This document shows, in pieces, positions 19,974 through 28,483 of a DNA stretch of 64,000 nucleotides; within the stretch, counting starts at the first letter, position 1, and the number at the start of each line of letters is the position of its first letter. The translations under genes and the position numbers were made by a program. This stretch comes from Bacteroidales bacterium (GTDB lineage: Bacteria > Bacteroidota > Bacteroidia > Bacteroidales > VadinHA17): the NCBI GenBank assembly GCA_021163295.1, contig JAGGXD010000012.1, positions 65 through 64,064 on the forward strand, given 5' to 3'. The notes under the pieces were generated by a model that was not told the origin of the DNA, ran no database searches, and saw only the letters and a program-made list of their open reading frames with translations.

Positions 19974-19997
19974 AAGTTAGTTAATATTTACTAACTT
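19974..19997. promoter_or_regulatory. Perfect inverted repeat AAGTTAGT-N8-ACTAACTT upstream of tetR
   Basis: Read directly, 87 nt upstream of the tetR ATG. Confidence 0.6.
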
Positions 19998-20216
19998 CGA
20001 AAGAATTTCAATTTTTTTTATTTTTTTCATCAATAATTTCTTCGCATTTCACGAGATAAACGATTTTTAATTTCGTGCTTAATTAAATTCTAATCCCGCT
20101 GAGTCGGGACGTTAATCGATATTCGATATTCATGAAACAGTTTAATATCAGATTATATCATAAATTTGAACGATAAAGAATTGCAGAATCATGCTTTTTC
20201 ACTCCCTGGACAAAGC

Positions 20217-22625
20217 TTATTCATATCTTAACGATTCAATCGGATTTCTTCGCGCAAACCGCCAGCTTCTCCATGTGACAGTAAATAGTGCAATTAACAC
20301 GGCTATAATTCCTGCCATCGCAAATATCCACCATGCGATATTAATCCGATATGCAAAATTCTGTATCCATTTGTTCATGATCAGGTAGGATACCGGGCAA
20401 GCCAGAATAAAAGCAAAAATAACCCAAATTAAAAATTCACCGTTAAGTAGAAGTAAAATATCCCTAGCCCTTGCTCCGTTTACTTTTCGTAAGCTAATTT
20501 CCTTTGACCGTTTCGCAACCAACATCCCTGTCAGTCCCAGTAAACCAAGGCAGGAAAGAAAGATCGCCACTATAGCTGAATATCCTGTAATTTTCCCCCA
20601 CCGCTTCTGATCAAGGTACTGGTCGGCCAGGTTCTGGTCAAGGAATGAATAATTAATTAAATATTCCGGCACAACTTCATCCCAGGCTGTTTTTATCTGG
20701 TCCAATGCCCCGGCAGTATTCTGTTCATCGATCCGGACAAAAATACTCCAGATACTGTTCCAGTTGGCGACAGTCATTATAAGAGGTTGGATTTTGTCCC
20801 TCATTGAATCATAATGAAAATCCCTGACCACTCCCATTATCTCAACTTTGAAGCCTGCATATGTAAAAGTATATCCGATTGGTTCTTCAAGTTCAAAAGT
20901 TTTTACGAATGTTTCGTTAACCAGTACCATGGGAATGGAATCATCCTTATGATTTGGGAGGAAATTCATTCCCATTATTAATTCAAGGCGTAAGGTATTC
21001 GTATAATCAGGATCGATCCGGAGTATTCGGGTGGATATCAATTCGCCTTTATGGTTTCTTATTTCGTCAGAACTGCTTCCGCCTACAAAATTACGGTCAC
21101 TTGTTGTAACGTTTTTAATCAATGGGTATTGCTGCAGTTTATCTTTTAAGAGCATGGTTTTTGAAATGGGAAAATCAACGGCTAAAACAACAACATTTTC
21201 CTTGTCAAAGCCCACCGGTTGATTCAACATATAATTCATTTGCCTTACAATAATTCCTGTTGTTATCATTAATACAATAGATATGAAGTATTGCAATATG
21301 ACAAATGTCCTGGCGAACCGGTAACGTTTTCCTATTGAGATCTCGTTCTTAAGAATGGAGAGAGGGTTGCTGTGACGCAACAGGAAAAATGCAACATAAC
21401 TGCTGGTTGAAAAAACAATTATTATAAGGATAATAACCAGGAAGAGTATCCCAATCCAATCCTTATACATAGTAAAACTCAAATCCTTATTAGCAAGGTT
21501 ATTGAAAACCGGCAACAATTGCTCTGCAAAAACAATTCCAAGAAACATAGCCAGGATAACAAGCATAAAAGATTCACTTAAAAAATGTTTGATGATATGT
21601 GATTTACAGGCACCAAGAATTTTCATAACCCCCACTTCTTTTAACCTCTCCATTGATTGACCAATAGCCAGCATGATATAATTGATGCTGGCAATGGCAA
21701 GAATTATTAGAGCAATAACAGAAAGAATTATAGTGTTTTGACGATTTCCCATAATTTCATAACCCCAGTTTGTATGACTGGAATTCAGATATACATCTTT
21801 CAGGGGCTGAAACCGGATTGCAAAATTATCTTCACTTTCAATTAATGATCCAAAATGTACTAGATTTTTAATAATCTCACCAAAATATTTGTCGTTTAAT
21901 GAGTTGGCAGTTTCTTCTGCCTGTTGCAGTGCCTCCTTGTTTTTCAACTGAACATAAACCGAATTTGATCCGAATTGATTATTACTCCGCGAATAATATC
22001 GGCAGTTAGGAAAAGGAACCAGGACTGTAAACCGGAATGAGGAAATATCACTGCAATTATCAATTATCCCTTCTATAGTATATTCATTCGGCGAAGGCTG
22101 CGGAAACCTTATACTTTGTCCTATCAGGTCTGAATAGTTCGGAATAGCGTTACTAAGAAGTTTGTCGGCTACTTCTTTACTTATAACAACACTCTGTGGT
22201 TTTTCCAGTATGCTGTCCGATTGCATTTCAATTACCGGAAAACTAAACATCTTAAGGAAATCAGGATGAACAAACCCAATTATTTCCCTGAAATTTTTCT
22301 CTCCAAACCGGACCCATACCCTGGCATGCCGGTAGACAGAACTTCGTTCTACCCCGGGGATATCTTCCTTGTATCCCTCAACAATTGAATGAGGTTGAAA
22401 AGAAGTAAAATCTACATCTCCCGTCTCTTTGACAAAACGTGTAGTTACCCTGTAGATATTATCCCGGTTTTTATGAAACATGTTGTAACTCGTTTCGTGC
22501 TGAACATAAATAAAAATCATAATACAACAAGCTATCCCAAAACCCAGTCCCAGGATATTTATGACGGAATGAAACCATTGCCTTACTAGGTTCCTTTTCG
22601 ATAGTTTCAGGTAATGTTTGATCAT
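20217..22625 (-). CDS. FtsX/MacB-type ABC transporter permease (duplicated FtsX domain, large periplasmic domains); no ATPase gene adjacent
   Basis: 802 aa with N-terminus MIKHYLKLSKRNLVRQWFHS, typical of the family, and two 4-TM FtsX-like blocks. Confidence 0.85.
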   Translation of the reverse strand: MIKHYLKLSKRNLVRQWFHSVINILGLGFGIACCIMIFIYVQHETSYNMFHKNRDNIYRVTTRFVKETGDVDFTSFQPHSIVEGYKEDIPGVERSSVYRHARVWVRFGEKNFREIIGFVHPDFLKMFSFPVIEMQSDSILEKPQSVVISKEVADKLLSNAIPNYSDLIGQSIRFPQPSPNEYTIEGIIDNCSDISSFRFTVLVPFPNCRYYSRSNNQFGSNSVYVQLKNKEALQQAEETANSLNDKYFGEIIKNLVHFGSLIESEDNFAIRFQPLKDVYLNSSHTNWGYEIMGNRQNTIILSVIALIILAIASINYIMLAIGQSMERLKEVGVMKILGACKSHIIKHFLSESFMLVILAMFLGIVFAEQLLPVFNNLANKDLSFTMYKDWIGILFLVIILIIIVFSTSSYVAFFLLRHSNPLSILKNEISIGKRYRFARTFVILQYFISIVLMITTGIIVRQMNYMLNQPVGFDKENVVVLAVDFPISKTMLLKDKLQQYPLIKNVTTSDRNFVGGSSSDEIRNHKGELISTRILRIDPDYTNTLRLELIMGMNFLPNHKDDSIPMVLVNETFVKTFELEEPIGYTFTYAGFKVEIMGVVRDFHYDSMRDKIQPLIMTVANWNSIWSIFVRIDEQNTAGALDQIKTAWDEVVPEYLINYSFLDQNLADQYLDQKRWGKITGYSAIVAIFLSCLGLLGLTGMLVAKRSKEISLRKVNGARARDILLLLNGEFLIWVIFAFILACPVSYLIMNKWIQNFAYRINIAWWIFAMAGIIAVLIALFTVTWRSWRFARRNPIESLRYE

Positions 22626-22679
22626 AATGGTTGTAAGTTAGTGAAGATTCAGAATGATTCATATTCTCTCCTGTAAGAA

Positions 22680-22695
22680 TACAAAAAACGGGCCA
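22680..22695 (-). promoter_or_regulatory. Candidate sigma54 (-24/-12) promoter TGGCCCG-N4-TTGTA for the permease gene
   Basis: The minus strand reads TGGCCCGTTTTTTGTA against the consensus TGGCACG-N4-TTGCA, matching 14 of 16. The -12 element is GT rather than GC. It lies about 55 nt upstream of the ATG at 22625. Confidence 0.3.
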
Positions 22696-22760
22696 TCCTT
22701 TATATAATGCTGAATATCTGCAATGTACATAGATTCTATGGGAGAAAGGCATTAGTATAT

Positions 22761-22799
22761 TGTTCAGAATCCGAACAACTACTGTTCATAATATGAACA
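22761..22799. promoter_or_regulatory. Two tandem 17-bp palindromes TGTTC-N7-GAACA with centres 22 bp apart; candidate enhancer (UAS) for the NtrC-type regulator
   Basis: Palindromes at 22761-22777 and 22783-22799, read directly. They lie about 85 bp upstream of the sigma54-like element and 40 bp upstream of the regulator gene. Confidence 0.5.
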
Positions 22800-22838
22800 G
22801 AATTTTGTATCTTGATCCTTTTTAATAAAAGAAATCCT

Positions 22839-24206
22839 ATGGTAAAAGGCAAATTGCTTATCATCGATGATAATGTGCAAATCCTGGAATCATTAAAAAT
22901 CTTACTGAATGGTGAATTTAATATTCTGGAAACGCTTCGGAAGCCTGATTTGATTCCTGAAAAATTGCAACATCAATCCTTTGATATTATTCTTATGGAC
23001 ATGAATTTTGAGATAGGTGAAACTTCGGGTCAGGAAGGTATGTACTGGTTAAAGAAGATCATAAAGAATGATCCCCTTGCTATCGTAATCCTGATAACAG
23101 CCTTTGGCGATATTGAACTCACTGTTGAAGCCATGAAACTGGGTGCAACAGATTTTATTACAAAGCCCTGGAATCCTGACAAGTTGATTGCTACTTTGAA
23201 TAGCGGATATGAACTCAGAAAATCCAGGCTTGAGAACCGGAATTTGCGTGATAAACAGCTTCAGCTTACGAGTGAGATAGATAAAAATTTCAGCATGTTT
23301 ACCGGTTTGACCGTAGATATGAAAAGGATTCTTGAAACCGTGAATAAAGTTGCCGGAACCGATGCAAATATTCTCATTCTGGGCGAAAACGGAACAGGGA
23401 AAGAGGTAATAGCCAGAGAAATACACAGGCAATCAGATCGCGCTGAAGAAGTATTTATCAGTGTCGATCTGGCAGCATTAAGTGAATCATTATTTGAAAG
23501 TGAAATGTTCGGTCATGTCAAAGGGGCTTTTACTGATGCCAGGGAGGATCGTGCCGGCCGGTTTGAAGTGGCAAATGGAGGCACTTTGTTTTTGGATGAG
23601 ATCGGAAATCTTTCCCTTTCCATTCAGTCAAAGCTCCTCCAGGTCCTGCAAAACAGGGAAGTTATCAGGGTTGGGGCAACTCAACCTGTTCCTGTCGATA
23701 TCCGGTTAATTTCAGCAACGAACAAACCCATTCATCAAATGGTTTCCGAACAGACTTTCCGTGAGGATCTTTTTTTCAGGATCAATACAATAAAAATTGA
23801 GATCCCTCCTCTTCGGGAGCGCATCCCGGATATTCCCGGACTGACTGATTTTTTCCTGAAAGAATATACCCGGAAATATGAAAAACCATTTCTGAAAATA
23901 AACAGCAAAGCTATGGATAAGCTTTGCAGCTATACATGGCCTGGTAATGTGAGGGAACTGAAACATACAATGGAAAAATCTGTCATCCTTTGCGAAAGTT
24001 CTACTATCAAACCTGAAGACTTAAATCTGTCAGCAGGTATTTCGACAAATAAAACCGGTAAGATCACTTACAAATTATCGAATATGGAGAAGAATACTAT
24101 TACGAGAGTTATTAAAGAATGCAGGGGCAATTATTCTAAAGCAGCAAAAATGCTGGGTATCTCACGGACAACTTTATATGCGAAAATTAAAAAATATGGG
24201 TTATAA
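22839..24206 (+). CDS. Sigma54-dependent response regulator (NtrC family: receiver, AAA+ and Fis HTH domains)
   Basis: Receiver domain (LLIIDDN...ILMDMNF), Walker A GENGTGKE, a GAFTDA loop, and the C-terminal HTH AAKMLGISRTTLYAKIKKYGL. The track ORF starts at 22812. Confidence 0.9.
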   Translation: MVKGKLLIIDDNVQILESLKILLNGEFNILETLRKPDLIPEKLQHQSFDIILMDMNFEIGETSGQEGMYWLKKIIKNDPLAIVILITAFGDIELTVEAMKLGATDFITKPWNPDKLIATLNSGYELRKSRLENRNLRDKQLQLTSEIDKNFSMFTGLTVDMKRILETVNKVAGTDANILILGENGTGKEVIAREIHRQSDRAEEVFISVDLAALSESLFESEMFGHVKGAFTDAREDRAGRFEVANGGTLFLDEIGNLSLSIQSKLLQVLQNREVIRVGATQPVPVDIRLISATNKPIHQMVSEQTFREDLFFRINTIKIEIPPLRERIPDIPGLTDFFLKEYTRKYEKPFLKINSKAMDKLCSYTWPGNVRELKHTMEKSVILCESSTIKPEDLNLSAGISTNKTGKITYKLSNMEKNTITRVIKECRGNYSKAAKMLGISRTTLYAKIKKYGL

Positions 24207-25545
24207 CCGCTTTTATATCAATGTTTTTCTTAATGTTTTTTTGATTGCTGCCGCTTACCTGGCATTTATATTCTTTCTGTTTATCAGGGATCAGCCGGCA
24301 ACAGCAATATTGTTTGGATTCTTTGCTGTTTTTTTCACCGGAAGATTAATCTACTATATAAACAGGACCAACAGGATGTTAGACAATTTCATCATCTTCA
24401 TGAAGGAACATGATCCCACGCTTACGATATCTTCACGATTTGTTAAGAAAACATTTCATGGGTTTTATCACAATCTGCAGAAAATTGAAGATGAGATGAA
24501 AGAGAGTCGGATTGAGAAAGAAATACAGGCAAAATATCTGCATACAATTGTGGAAAATGTACAAACCGGGATTGTTACTTTAAATAAAAATAATGAAGTT
24601 GAACTCATAAATAAAGCAGCAAAAAATTATCTTGGTGTAACTCAGTTACGGCATCTGTCTGAACTAAACAAAACACATTCCGGACTAGTTGCCAGGATCA
24701 GGGATCTGAATCCGGGTGAGCAAATACTGGAGAAATTAACTATTCATGGGAAAACTCACTGTTTATCCATAAAAGGATCATTTATTAAAAGCAAGGGAGA
24801 GCCATATACTATCATTACCTTTAACGACATTAAAAATGAGCTCGAAGAACAAGAGATACATTCATGGAAGAAGCTAATACGCATTATAACACATGAGATC
24901 ATGAATTCCATCACACCCATTACCACACTTACCGGTGCTATTAAACGAAAATTAAGCGAGAGGAAGGGGGAGAGGGAAATCGTTGAATATACTTCCCTGG
25001 AAATTCAGGATGCGCTTTCAGGTATGGATATTATTGAAGAAAGAAGCCGGGGCGTAATTCATTTCATTAGCCAGTACAGAAAACTAACGAAACTACCCCC
25101 ATTACAAATAACGGGATTTGGTATTACCGATTTGTTCGATAAGATTAAGTACTTGTTCAAAGAGCAACTCAAAGATTCAGGAATCAGATTTTACACAGAC
25201 GTAAGAAACGTAAAAGTCCTACATGCAGATAAAAAGATGGTGGAGCAGATACTGATCAATTTGGTTAAAAATGCCATTGAGGCATTGAACAGGATTCACT
25301 CTCCGTTTATTGAAATGAAGGCATTTACTGATCCTGAATATCGCACCATACTTCATATCGAAGATAATGGCCATGGCATTCCTGCGAAATATCTGGAACA
25401 TGTATTTGTGCCGTTCTTTACCACCAGGGAACAGGGATCAGGGATCGGCTTAAGCCTGAGTAAACAGATTATGCGATTACATAAGGGGGATATTGCTTTG
25501 TTCTCAGAGGAGGGAAAAGGCACAAGGGTTGTTTTAAAGTTTTAA
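24178..25545 (+). CDS. Sensor histidine kinase (2 TM, PAS-like domain, HisKA, HATPase_c)
   Basis: H-box ITHEIMNSITPI, N-box LINLVKNAIEA, G-boxes DNGHGI and GSGIGLS. The start may instead be the ATG at 24196. Confidence 0.9.
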   Translation: MRKLKNMGYNRFYINVFLNVFLIAAAYLAFIFFLFIRDQPATAILFGFFAVFFTGRLIYYINRTNRMLDNFIIFMKEHDPTLTISSRFVKKTFHGFYHNLQKIEDEMKESRIEKEIQAKYLHTIVENVQTGIVTLNKNNEVELINKAAKNYLGVTQLRHLSELNKTHSGLVARIRDLNPGEQILEKLTIHGKTHCLSIKGSFIKSKGEPYTIITFNDIKNELEEQEIHSWKKLIRIITHEIMNSITPITTLTGAIKRKLSERKGEREIVEYTSLEIQDALSGMDIIEERSRGVIHFISQYRKLTKLPPLQITGFGITDLFDKIKYLFKEQLKDSGIRFYTDVRNVKVLHADKKMVEQILINLVKNAIEALNRIHSPFIEMKAFTDPEYRTILHIEDNGHGIPAKYLEHVFVPFFTTREQGSGIGLSLSKQIMRLHKGDIALFSEEGKGTRVVLKF

Positions 25546-25720
25546 AGGGCACAAATGTTGTGGGAAACCCCAGTACCCATTGTCATTTGGTACATAAATG
25601 TCGGCCATCGGATAATATTAATCATTAGCAGAAATATAGCAATTCATACCAGATTGTATTTGTAAATACTTTTAATGCAATTTATTTTTCAAATTTATTT
25701 TGATTTTTGAAATAATTAAT

Positions 25721-25728
25721 TATTTTTG
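25721..25728 (+). promoter_or_regulatory. -7 box TATTTTTG upstream of the rrf2 operon
   Basis: Exact TAnnTTTG match, 30 nt upstream of the ATG at 25758. Confidence 0.4.
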
Positions 25729-25734
25729 TTTTTA

Positions 25735-25756
25735 AATAATACCTGGAGGTATCATT
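25735..25756. promoter_or_regulatory. 22-bp palindrome AATAATACCT-GG-AGGTATCATT between the -7 box and the rrf2 start; candidate Rrf2 operator
   Basis: The arms match at 9 of 10 positions and the core ATACCT/AGGTAT is perfect. It ends 2 nt before the ATG. Confidence 0.5.
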
Positions 25757-25757
25757 T

Positions 25758-26207
25758 ATGATTTTTTGTAAAACAACTGAGTACGCGCTTAGGATAATGA
25801 GTTATATGGCAATGAATGAAAAGAAATTGTATAGCGCGAATAATATTTATGAAAATCTAAGAATCCCCTTCAGGTATTTGCGCAAGCAGCTGACAATCTT
25901 ATCAAAAAGCGGATTAATTTTTAGCGTACAGGGGAAAAACGGAGGTTACAGGCTTTCAAAGAATTTGAGTGAAATATCTCTTTTAGACATTATTCATGCG
26001 GCAGGGGATAATCAAATTTATAATGAATGTTTTTTTGGTTTTCAGAGTTGTGCATTTAAAAAAAAGTGTGCTTTGCATTATAAATGGGAAGTTGTGATTG
26101 AAAGCATAAATAATGTTCTGATTTCTACTACCCTGGAAGAATTGAAAAAAACAGGAACTCCTGATTGTATTTCAAAAAACAGTTTAATATTCACTAAAAA
26201 CAAATAA
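25758..26207 (+). CDS. Rrf2-family transcriptional regulator with a three-Cys cluster motif (NsrR/IscR-like)
   Basis: 149 aa with a winged-HTH N-terminus (TEYALRIMSYMA...) and C-x6-C-x5-C (ECFFGFQSCAFKKKCALH). Confidence 0.85.
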   Translation: MIFCKTTEYALRIMSYMAMNEKKLYSANNIYENLRIPFRYLRKQLTILSKSGLIFSVQGKNGGYRLSKNLSEISLLDIIHAAGDNQIYNECFFGFQSCAFKKKCALHYKWEVVIESINNVLISTTLEELKKTGTPDCISKNSLIFTKNK

Positions 26208-26209
26208 TT

Positions 26210-26761
26210 ATGGTTGATTCACAAGTTGTTCTTAACGGGCAAACAATTGCATATACTTGTTATGCAATTGTAATTATCCTGGTAATGGGCTGGTTTGGTA
26301 TAAAAATTACCAGAAAAGGAAAGAGTAGCAAGTTAAGCCATGCGCTCTTTTATTCCTTTGTAGGGTTTTTGGTAGTGTTGGGAGTTTCCCTTCATATTGT
26401 AACCTATCATACAATTCCATGGGCTCGGATGGATATTAACAGGGCCGATATAAAACCGGATAAGGTTTTTAATATTACGGTTGAAGATCATCAGTTTATT
26501 CTACCGTCTGAAAAGCTGATTATTAATGTGGGCGACAAAGCCCTGTTTGATGTTACATCTAATGATCTTACCTATGGATTTGGTTTGTTCAGAAAAGATA
26601 ATTCTATGCTTTTACAGATGCAGGTTGTCCCGGGACACCGGAACGATATCTTATGGCAGTTCGATAAGCCAGGGGTATATACAATAAGATCTACAGAGTA
26701 TTCGGGGCCGAAAGGTGCCCAGATGATCTTAAAGGATGTTGTTGAAGTTATAGCAAAATAA
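26210..26761 (+). CDS. Heme-copper oxidase subunit II-like cupredoxin protein with a degenerate CuA site
   Basis: 183 aa with 2 TM helices. The C-terminus aligns to ba3 subunit II, but the CuA ligands are lost: LTYGF where ba3 has VIHGF, and STEYSGPKGAQM where ba3 has CNQYCGLGHQNM. Confidence 0.75.
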   Translation: MVDSQVVLNGQTIAYTCYAIVIILVMGWFGIKITRKGKSSKLSHALFYSFVGFLVVLGVSLHIVTYHTIPWARMDINRADIKPDKVFNITVEDHQFILPSEKLIINVGDKALFDVTSNDLTYGFGLFRKDNSMLLQMQVVPGHRNDILWQFDKPGVYTIRSTEYSGPKGAQMILKDVVEVIAK

Positions 26762-26800
26762 CAGTTTAATTTAAAAATTAAAAACTAAAACATTATAGAT

Positions 26801-28432
26801 ATGAGTTTTAAAGATACATTTATGAATGGTGAGCAAGGGCTGTTTAAGCCTGTAAGCTTAACCCCAATGCAAAAGCTTATTCTCAGGTTTGTTGTTGTTG
26901 GCCTCGTGTATTACGGATTCGCTGTAATTGAAGGAATGATCATGAGAATTTATGCAATAGAGCCAATCAAAGCCATTTCTGATTTTCAGTATTTCGCAAT
27001 ACTTACAGCCCATCCGCTTGTAGGAATAATTGGGTCAACTTATTCACTGGTATTTGGTGCATTCCTATTTCTTGTTCCTTTCCTGATGAAGAAACCGTTA
27101 TGGAGTTTTAAACTGGGTAACTGGACATTTTTATTAGTTACATTTGGAACACTGACATTCTGGTTAGCAGGGTTTATTTCGCATTATGCACCCTTATATA
27201 CGCTATATTGGCCTTTACCTGCCGATTTCAGTCAGTTTAATCCTGTGGGAGGGTCCTTTTTTATTATAGGAATTGCCCTTGTTATGTTGGGAACGATGTT
27301 TTTTGTGATCAATATATTTAAAACCATTGCCTATACACCTGAGGGTTGGGAAAAACAACCGGGCGGGGCATTGTTGGCTTCTGCAATAGGATATACCGGG
27401 TTAAGGAATTTATTCAGAAAGAAAAAAGAACAAGTGAAACATCTTGTATCACTTCCGGTTGCTGCTATTGCCAGGGGAACTGTTGACACAGCGTTAAATG
27501 CTGGAGTTCTTTTATTTACCGGGGTGCTTATTCTGGTTTATATGATTGCACATTTGCTGGGAGGTGATTTAAAAGATACCGCCATTGATGCTCTGCTTTA
27601 TAAAAATTGGTTCTGGTGGGGATTGGATTTAATTGCAGATGGATTAGTGCTGATTTTTGTTGCCGGTACATGGTATCTGTTAGCGACTATGATTACCGGC
27701 AAGAAGCTTTTTATGCAGAATATTGCCAGGGCAGCCCTTTTGGTTGAATTGATTGTATCATGGACGGTTTGGTCACACCACTTATTGTCAGATCAGGCTC
27801 AGCCGGGTTTCCTGAAAATTATTTCAGGTGAAATGGTTACTGCTTTTGAATTGATAACTCAGGGATTAGCCTTCTATATTGTCCTTGCTACTCTTTGGAG
27901 TGCCCGTCCTTTAAAAATGTCCAACGAACTTAAGTTCTTGCTTGGAGGTCTATTGGGTTTTGCACTCGCTGTTCCTGCAGGGATTATGCAGGCTGATATC
28001 GGACTGAACCGGATTTTACACAATACTCAATGGATTATTGGCCCTCATGTGCATGTTGCTATCCTGGTAGGTTTGACAATGACCCTTTATTCTGCAGTTT
28101 ATATACTTTTCCCGATTGTAACTAATGGTGCAAAATTGTACAGTCAGAAACTGGCAAACTTCCACTTCTGGGCTCACTTAATTGGTGGTATCGGCATGGG
28201 TGCTTTTATGGGCATGGCTGGTTTAGGAGGAATGCTTAGAAGAACAATCTACCTGAATGGGGAATTTAATCTTTACATGATCCTTGCCGGAATATGCGGA
28301 GGATTATTGTTATTGGCATTTCTGGTTTTCTTTTACAATATCGTAATGAGTCTTGGACTTAAAGGCGTGATAGGAATATTTACTCCGTCTAAATTAAACG
28401 TGAAGGATTTGGTGCCAGCCGAACAACAATAG
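26801..28432 (+). CDS. Heme-copper oxidoreductase subunit I, B-family-like, with an Asp/Asp substitution at the CuB-His / cross-link-Tyr positions
   Basis: 543 aa. The heme and CuB histidines are retained (LTAHPLVG, WSHHLL, HNTQWIIGPHVHV). Helix VI reads FWWGLDLIADG where B-family enzymes have FWWTGHPIVY. Confidence 0.85.
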   Translation: MSFKDTFMNGEQGLFKPVSLTPMQKLILRFVVVGLVYYGFAVIEGMIMRIYAIEPIKAISDFQYFAILTAHPLVGIIGSTYSLVFGAFLFLVPFLMKKPLWSFKLGNWTFLLVTFGTLTFWLAGFISHYAPLYTLYWPLPADFSQFNPVGGSFFIIGIALVMLGTMFFVINIFKTIAYTPEGWEKQPGGALLASAIGYTGLRNLFRKKKEQVKHLVSLPVAAIARGTVDTALNAGVLLFTGVLILVYMIAHLLGGDLKDTAIDALLYKNWFWWGLDLIADGLVLIFVAGTWYLLATMITGKKLFMQNIARAALLVELIVSWTVWSHHLLSDQAQPGFLKIISGEMVTAFELITQGLAFYIVLATLWSARPLKMSNELKFLLGGLLGFALAVPAGIMQADIGLNRILHNTQWIIGPHVHVAILVGLTMTLYSAVYILFPIVTNGAKLYSQKLANFHFWAHLIGGIGMGAFMGMAGLGGMLRRTIYLNGEFNLYMILAGICGGLLLLAFLVFFYNIVMSLGLKGVIGIFTPSKLNVKDLVPAEQQ

Positions 28433-28451
28433 GATTATCATTATATCGATT

Positions 28452-28480
28452 AAAAAGCCCGGATGTCCGGGCTTTTTTTT
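28452..28480. terminator. Bidirectional intrinsic terminator A5-GCCCGG-atgt-CCGGGC-T8
   Basis: A perfect 6-bp GC stem flanked by an A-run and a T-run. It closes the plus-strand HCO operon and the minus-strand cop operon. Confidence 0.85.
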
Positions 28481-28483
28481 ACA

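Noticed and set aside
22471-22752. 93-aa minus-strand ORF overlapping the permease start and the regulatory intergenic region
   Set aside because: It is out of frame with, and overlaps, the well-supported FtsX permease N-terminus (MIKHYLKLSKRNL...). It has no motif.
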